The translations under genes and the position numbers were made by a program. Shown piece after piece: positions 54,826-64,000 of a stretch of 64,000 bases of DNA (positions are counted from its first letter, which is position 1; each line of letters begins with the position of its first letter). The stretch is from Eledone cirrhosa (taxonomy: Eukaryota), in NCBI GenBank assembly GCA_964016885.1, contig OZ024740.1:66650001-66714000 (forward strand), given 5' to 3'. The notes under the pieces were generated by a model. The model had not been told where the DNA came from and did no database searches. It was given only the letters and a program-made list of their open reading frames with translations.

Positions 54826-57109
54826 CCGCGCCCGTGCTGTCCCCCACTCCACCACCCTCACCCCACGCCACCGTACACCCACCCACCGCCTCCCCTTCCC
54901 AACCACCTACCATCCCTCCACCGCACCCCTCCACCGCACCATCCGCTGCCTCTTCCGCTGCCTCCAGTGCAACCCCTCCACCTCCCACATATTCACAACC
55001 CCACCACTCAGCTCCTTCAAACGCGCACACAATCTCCGCACCCTCCTCGTCCACAGCTCCCTACCCCCAACCCACGCTCTGTTTCCTCCCCCGCACCCGC
55101 TTCCTTTCCCTGTTCTAGGCCCCGCTCCAACACCTGTCCCCACATCACCAACACCACCACCTACCAGGGTCCCAAAGGCCACTCTCTCTCTGTCCGGCAT
55201 GCCTTCCGCTGCACCTCCTGCAACTTATGTCGGACAGACGGGACGTCGCCTGACGGACCGATTCACTGACCACCTCCGGGATATTCGTCTCGGTGGTAGT
55301 TCCCCCATCGCCTGCCACTTTGGTGGCCCTGGACATTCCGCACGCCATCTCACAGTCTGTGGCCTACTCCAATGCCACGGAACACCCGCCAATCGCCTTA
55401 GAGTCGAACAAAGAACTATCTTCATCTTACAGACTCACGCTCCCCCCGGCCTGAACTCCACACCCTTATTCCTTTAGCCTTCGACCCCCCCCCCCCCCCC
55501 CATCCTCCCCCACACTTATCCCCCACTAACACCACTAACACACCCCTCCTTTTCACCGCCCACCCCACAACTAACAATACTAACACCTCCACTCCACCCC
55601 ACATCCGACCACCCTTCCCCAACTAACATACTAACATCCCTCCTTCTTCTCCTCCTCCCCCCTCCTTATCACACGCACACACCCACCGGCACATCTATAC
55701 ACGCGCTCACACTAAACACACACCCTACTACCACCACTAACCCCCACTCCCACACCTCTCACACCCATACCTCCATCCCAGCACCCCGCAACTAACCTCA
55801 CTAACACCCCCTGAGCCCAAGCACACGAACACACGCACCCACTTACACCACCCACCCCACACGCAACTAACATCACTAACACCCCCCCAACCCCACGCAC
55901 ACGTACCCACACACCCTCGTACACCACCGACTCTACACACCCTACCACCACTAACCCCCACTCACACCTGCATTCAACCCTTCCCCACCTCCCGTATACT
56001 AACACCCACTAACACCCTTCATCAAACTACACACACACCAGTACACCACACTCCCTCCATAAAACTACACACACCCTTCTCTCCCCGCTCCACCCACACC
56101 CTCGCACCACACTCACTCATCCCACTAACACCTCTACTAATACACATACACACCCTCCTCACTCCAACTTACACACCTACCCATCCTCGCCCCTTTACCA
56201 TTCCACCGACTGCTGCTATGGCTTCTGACCACCTCCCAGCACAAACAGACACACAGCACTCCCACTGCTTGACCACTTCCTGTTGCGCGCGCACCCCATA
56301 TCTCTCCTCTTCCGACCATCTCTTCATGGAATACTCGTATGTGGAACTTGACCACCACAGAATCCACTAAACATCCTAGGATTTTACCAACTTTTCAACT
56401 ATCCTCTTACGGAATCACCCATATAACTCACCCACACACACACCCCAAAGAAATTATTTTTCTCCACACGCCACCTACACCCACAACACGCTTAAACCCC
56501 ACACACACGTGCTTTCCACCACATATTTACACCCTCAGCCTCCTGATTCCTCTCCCCCTACCCCTCTATCCACACACGCACAGACACTCCGACCTACAAC
56601 CCCCCCACACACACACCTCTTCCTGAACATGCAGCACGTTCTTCCCCCAACCCTTACTTTCACATACACACACACACACACACACACGTACACCTACACA
56701 CAGACACACCACCTTCAGCCCTCCCCGCTCGGACACCCCGTCTCCCTCTCCCACTCCACCCGCCACCACCCCTACACACCCCACACCCTTCCACCACCTG
56801 TTTTACCCCCCTTTTAATTTCAGTTTATTTTGATCATGCTTTTATATTTAATTTCATTTCATTCCTTGTATTTTGATCATGCTTTATTTTTATTTTTATT
56901 TTTAATTTCATTCGCACCGTTTCCTTTCGCTATATGTCTCTCCACCACTCCCCTACACACCCTTTGAACTCTGTTCCCACACACGTCTCACCTGAGGAAG
57001 GGCTTATGCCCGAAACGTCGTTCCCCACCACCACTCCAGTCTCCAGAGCGTGAAATTAATAAACATTCGTTGTACTGCCTCTCTGCTTTGTTCCTGTTCA
57101 AATTTGTCC

Positions 57110-57112
<3 letters not shown>
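54822..57112 (+). mobile_element. Second, longer copy of the Neptune-like PLE fragment (HHR-like core 56992-57019)
   Basis: [31 protein letters not shown] and [16 protein letters not shown]...LQTHAPPGLN. The 3' UTR is colinear with the previous copy, and (TA)n separates the two. Confidence 0.85.
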
Positions 57113-57161
<49 letters not shown>

Positions 57162-57193
57162 TATATATTTATATATATATATATATATAGAGA

Positions 57194-57303
<110 letters not shown>

Positions 57304-57812
57304 AGATTGAATTTATTTAATTTATCTTAATTTTGGATATAGATATATTAATAGGGCTCCTTGATTGTAGAGCTAACTCTGTTGAAGGCAATTGACTGCT
57401 ATTTCTAGTTGTCGAATACATATTCACGCCACTAAGACGAAGCCGCTGTGATGTGTAAAAACAACACGTGGTAGCGGCCAGTTAAAGATTTGACTCTCAG
57501 TGTAAACACGGATTGCTGTTTATTGTTCTTACTTGTTAATAATCCAATAATATCCACTTTCTGTGACTTACCATCTGATTAATTAGTGAAATATATTTCT
57601 TTAATGAAATATATTCAGGGAAGATTAATCATTAAAATGTATCTATTTTTGAAGTTCTAGTTAACTTTATTTATGTGTCACCTACTAGCCATGCGTGGTT
57701 ACACGCTTGTAAAAATTATCTCCTGTGATTATTCATGTTTATATTTATTTATATGTTGATCAATTTTTAGTTATTATATATATATATATATATAAATATG
57801 TAAATATATATG

Positions 57813-57867
<55 letters not shown>

Positions 57868-58084
57868 TTATATATGTATATATATATATATATTTATATA
57901 AATATATGTATACGCATACATTGTCCCCTATACCTCATTCCCACCCTACCCCCACCCCTCCTCAACCTGAAATACGGCCACTATGGTTATGTGAATACCT
58001 CTTACCTATCTGCATTTTCTGCCTGTAGAGCTGTTTTATGTGCCTGTGTATATGCGTATATTTATTGAGTACTTATTTAGTTGT

Positions 58085-59393
<1,309 letters not shown>

Positions 59394-59460
59394 ATAATAA
59401 TAAAATTGAAGACTAAAATCCGAAGAGGGCTCGATAAGGAAAATATATTTCAAATATAAA

Positions 59461-59497
<37 letters not shown>

Positions 59498-59653
59498 CAT
59501 ATATTCATATATATATATATATATATACAGGGTTAGTTTCAGAAGATCCCGTTAAGGGTGAAAGCAGCGATTCTTTGCTTAAACTTTAATCTGTTATTTT
59601 AATAAATATATATATATATATATATATACATATGTGTGTGTGTGTGTATATAT

Positions 59654-59715
<62 letters not shown>

Positions 59716-60408
59716 GTGTGTGTGTGTATATATGTGTATATGTGTATGTGTGTGTGTTTATGTGTGCGCGCGAGTGTGTGAGTGAGTGTGTTTTGTGAAT
59801 GTGTCTGTTGATTTTTGGCATATAGTTGAATAGTTTAAGAGAAATTTGAAGATAATTGTAAGATATGCACTCAATATTTTGAATTTGTCTACAGAATTCT
59901 CTAGACCTTTGTCACTTAAAGAATTTAGCTTTTAGAGAACCTCCCTTTCCTTTAAATCTATCTACCATGACTGATCCCCACTGATATTATAGACACCTGT
60001 TAGCTTAAGAGAAACTTACTAATAAGGAGTGGCATTCCATCCTGAAACTGTTTATAGAATTGTGTCTGCCTTTGTTACTCTAAAAATAAAAATAAACTAT
60101 AGCTTTGTAGAATTAGCTTTTAATGAATTCCTATTTCTATCAAACAATGACCTACACCCATCCCACTCCCCACCCTCTCCTACCACTTGTAGAGACCTAT
60201 AAATACCATACTTATGTTTTGATACCCAGATACCTGATGATTTCTAAAGAATGAAACAGTTCTAGTCCTGTAGAATCCCATCTATATTAAAACTGTTATA
60301 CTCTGCAATGTATTGAGTACCTTACTTACTGTGGTTACCTCCGATTCAACCCGGAATAATGTACACTTTAGCACTCTCTGTGCCCCTCATAACCATCATC
60401 AAGAAACC

Positions 60409-62552
60409 ATGCTGACCAAACTCGACCTTGATGTTTCCATGAAGAACATCCCTATCCCTCCAAGGAAACTATACCTAAAAACACTCATCAGACGTACCGA
60501 CGAGTTCATCATGCGAATTAGATGGAGGGCCTTCTACCTCGACAACCCTGATGTAGCATCTACCAATGATGAGAAGTTCGGCTTCAAAACTAATAAGACA
60601 CCACCCACCAACAGCCTACTCCAACCATTTGAAGAAGACCTCTTCAAGATGATCAAAGATATTAAGTTCCGTAGAGCCACCACACCATTCCAGTCCTACT
60701 TAAATGCCGAAATTCGGAATATAAAAAAATCCCCTAATCGTTATGTCTCCTCCGATAAAACCAAAAACATTTATGAGGTAAACCCACAGACCTACAATAA
60801 GCTGGCAAAAAATGCCATCACGACCACCTACAAAAAGGTAATAGAGATGGCACTGACTGAGACAAATGAGGCTGGAAAAGAAATCACCAAGTCCCTTAAA
60901 TTACACGACCGAACTGAACCTTTAAGGGTAAAGACCCGGCACTTTACACTGAAGGACCACAAGGGAAACTTCCTCAACAAACCATCAGTCAGACTTATCA
61001 ACCCCACTCGTTCTGACATCGGCTCTATCAGTAAGAAGATTCTGGATAGAGTTCTACCATCATTGCGGGCTGCCTCACCACTTCCACTCTGGAGCAGAAC
61101 ATCTGAGGCAATATCATGGTTCCAAGAATTACCCGACAAACACCACACTCGCTTCCTGCAACTCGACATAGAAAACTACTATGCCTCTACCTCGGAGCCC
61201 CTCCTGAAGGACGCAATTAACTTTGCCAGGAATTTTACCACCATTACCGATGCTGAGCAAGTTGTTATCCTCCACGCTCGTAAGACCTTTCTATACCACG
61301 ATGGATCTTACTGGATCAACAAGAAATCTCAGACCCCATTTGACGTTAGCATGGCAGCGAGTCACTCGGCTGAAATTAGCGACCTTGTGGGCTTGTACAT
61401 CCTACATCACATGAAGAACCTCTTTACCGGCCTAACCGGAGGTTTATACTGAGACGACGGCCTCTTCGCCCTGCATAAGGTTAACCCCAGAACTACCGAT
61501 GGGTTTCGGAAAAACTTCAGCTCATTCTTCTCTAATCTAGTATTTAGTATAACTATAGAATCTAATTTGACTAGAGCCAACTTCTTAGATGTCACTCTCG
61601 ACCTAGATACTTCTCTCTATTACCCGTACCACAAACCTAACGAGTCCCTTAGATATATCAATATAAATTCAAACCACCCCCAAAACATCACTGATAACCT
61701 AGTAAAAAGCGTCTCTATTAGAATATCTGGCCTCTCCGCCAACAAAGATATTTTTAACGCATCTGCCTCCTACTACAATGACGCCCTCGCCCGCAGCGGA
61801 TTTAAAGAAAAGATAACATACCTAGAAACCACCGCAAGTTGCAGAGGAGGAATAGACATAGGCAGATTAGCTGGTACAACTCTCCCTTCAATAGAGAGGT
61901 CTCTACACCGATAGCTAGGATTTTCTTAATTTTACTGAAATTACACTTCCCCATACAACATAGGTACCACACCATCTTTAATAAGAACACAATAAGACTT
62001 TGCTACTCCACTACACCTAACCTAGCTAGGAATATAGCCAACCACAATTCTAAAAAATTAAATAAGCCAACCACCTCCGAACCCGATCCCCGGACTGGGG
62101 CTCTGTGTAATTGCCTAAGTAAGGAAGCATGCCCACTTGAAAACAAATGCCTCACAAATGATATCGTATACAAATGCGATGTCATCTCAGGCACCGATGA
62201 TTGCAAAAAAATTTGCATCGGCATGACCTCCAACAACTTTAAGACCCGTTGGTATGCCCATACCCACTCCTTCAGTAGACCGGACAAATCAAACCAGACA
62301 ACACTCGCCTCCTATGTTTGGGACCTCACAAGGAACTCCACCCACTTCACGCTTAAATGGAAAATATTCCAGAAAGCGCGCTCTTACAACGGAGGACACA
62401 AGGGCTGCGACCTTTGTATCTCAGAGAGCTACGAAATTTTATTCGCCAAGGGCCCGCTCCTGAACAAACTCTCTGAACACTGGCCGAACTGTATGCACAA
62501 GAACTTTGCAACTTTCAAACACTTTAAGCCAGTGTTAAAGCCCGATGGCTAA
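60409..62552 (+). pseudogene. Naiad-like PLE RT + GIY-YIG ORF with one stop and one frameshift
   Basis: SMKNIPIP, RIRWRA, FGFKT..TPP, TLKDHK..F.NKP.VRLINP..SDIG.ISK.ILD, GGLY*DDGL (TGA at 61450-61452), PYHKPN, a frameshift near 61840, CNC...CPL...CL, IVYKC...IGMT..FKTRW..H and CDLC. Confidence 0.9.
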
Positions 62553-62877
62553 AAACGACCTCCTCCTATTGGCCCCTATACCTCCTTCCCACCCTACTCC
62601 CACCCCTCCTCAACCTGAAATACGGCCACTATGGTTATGAGAGTACCTCTTGCCTATCTGCATTTTCAGCCTGTAGAGCTGTTTTTATGTGCCTGTGTAT
62701 ATGCGTATATTTATTGAGTACTTATTTAATTGTATGTGTATATATTTGTGTGTATGTGTGAATATGTATGTATATGTATATGTATGTGTATGTATGTGTA
62801 TATGTGCACATGTATATGTGTATGTGTGTGTATATATATATATGTATATATATATGTATATATATATGTATATATAC

Positions 62878-62955
<78 letters not shown>

Positions 62956-62975
62956 ATATATATATATATATGTAT

Positions 62976-63225
62976 ACATCATCTGAGTGAGATTCTTGGT
63001 CAGTGTCCAAGTCTCATACCCATACAGCAGCACAGACTCCACTATAGCAATGAAGAGGCGGACACACTAGAAGGGGAAGACCAAGGTTAACGTATGTTGA
63101 TGCCCTAAGGACAGACACTGGTCGGTTGGAGACACAGGAGAGGGCAGCGATAATGAGGGACAGAGACCGCTGGAGAGAACTCGTCCATGGATCTCGGGAA
63201 TTTTACCCGCCTTAGATAGATAGAT
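62976..63225. mobile_element. Short RTE-like LINE fragment with 5' inversion
   Basis: The minus strand at 62976-63060 encodes [21 protein letters not shown]. The plus strand at 63060-63214 encodes RRGRPRLTYVDALRTDTG...MRDRDRWRELV, followed by a (TAGA)n tail. Confidence 0.7.
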
Positions 63226-63541
63226 ATGTATGCATGTGTATGTATGTATGTATATATATATATATGTGTGTATATATGTGTATATGTATATATATGTATA
63301 TATATGTGTGTATATATGTGTGTGTGTATGTGTGTGTGTATGCGTGTGTGTATATATATATATGTGTGTGTGTGTGCGTGTGTGGGTATTTGTGTGTATG
63401 TGTTTGTGTGGTTCTCTCTGTGTGTGTGTATTTATTTATTATGTATATATATGTGTGTGTGTATATATGTGTATATATGTGTGTGTGTGAGTGTATGTAT
63501 ATATATATATGTGTGTATGTATATATGTGTATATGTGTATA

Positions 63542-63575
<34 letters not shown>

Positions 63576-63611
63576 AGTATATGTGTGTATGTGTGTGTGT
63601 ATATGTGCATA

Positions 63612-63659
<48 letters not shown>

Positions 63660-63782
63660 TATATGTGTGTGTGTGTATATATATGTGTGTATATATGTGT
63701 ATATATATATATATGTATATGTGTGTGTATATATATATATATATATGTGTGTATATGTGTATATGTAGGTGTATGTATGTAC

Positions 63783-63873
<91 letters not shown>

Positions 63874-63919
63874 TGTGTGTGTATGTATATGTGTGTGTGT
63901 ATATATATATGTGTGTGTG

Positions 63920-63974
<55 letters not shown>

Positions 63975-64000
63975 GTATGTGTGTGTATATGTGTGTGTGT

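Noticed and set aside
61450-61452. In-frame TGA in the Naiad-like ORF as selenocysteine (some Naiads are reported to encode Sec)
   Set aside because: It falls at the Arg of the YRDD motif; the related element at ~32090 has TAC CGA GAT GAT. A CGA-to-TGA CpG decay explains it. The Cys positions use normal codons, and the ORF also has a frameshift.

Overview
This is animal genomic DNA, not prokaryotic: AT-rich and full of (TA)n/(TG)n/(GA)n microsatellites. An octopus-like cephalopod mollusc is my guess from the SINE type and repeat landscape, and it is unconfirmed. The only host gene I can support is two spliced exons (10117-10291 and 12324-12455, + strand) of an SLC6/NSS Na+/Cl- dependent transporter. 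I found no next exon, so the remaining ~51 kb is probably one large intron. Nearly everything else is transposon-derived: Gypsy pol, RTE and Tx1/L1 LINEs, tRNA-derived SINEs, mariner and Chapaev-like relics, a Helitron, and above all Penelope-like elements (PLEs) with their non-autonomous relatives. Four features stand out. (1) An ~8.1-kb near-perfect palindrome is formed by two head-to-head copies of a young RT + GIY-YIG PLE, one of which keeps an uninterrupted ORF. (2) A four-copy palindromic array of a ~428-nt unit carries a hammerhead ribozyme (HHR) in each copy and resembles a retrozyme. (3) About a dozen recognisable minimal type I HHRs from several unrelated families, plus degenerate cores, are spread through the window. 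(4) One insertion architecture recurs from 150 bp to 8 kb: (TA)n - short inverted arm - turn - long arm with a ~60-160 nt extra tail - (TA)n. Most ORF-track entries ([12 protein letters not shown] types) are microsatellite translations. Coordinates were read by eye, and ribozyme activity is predicted from structure only.
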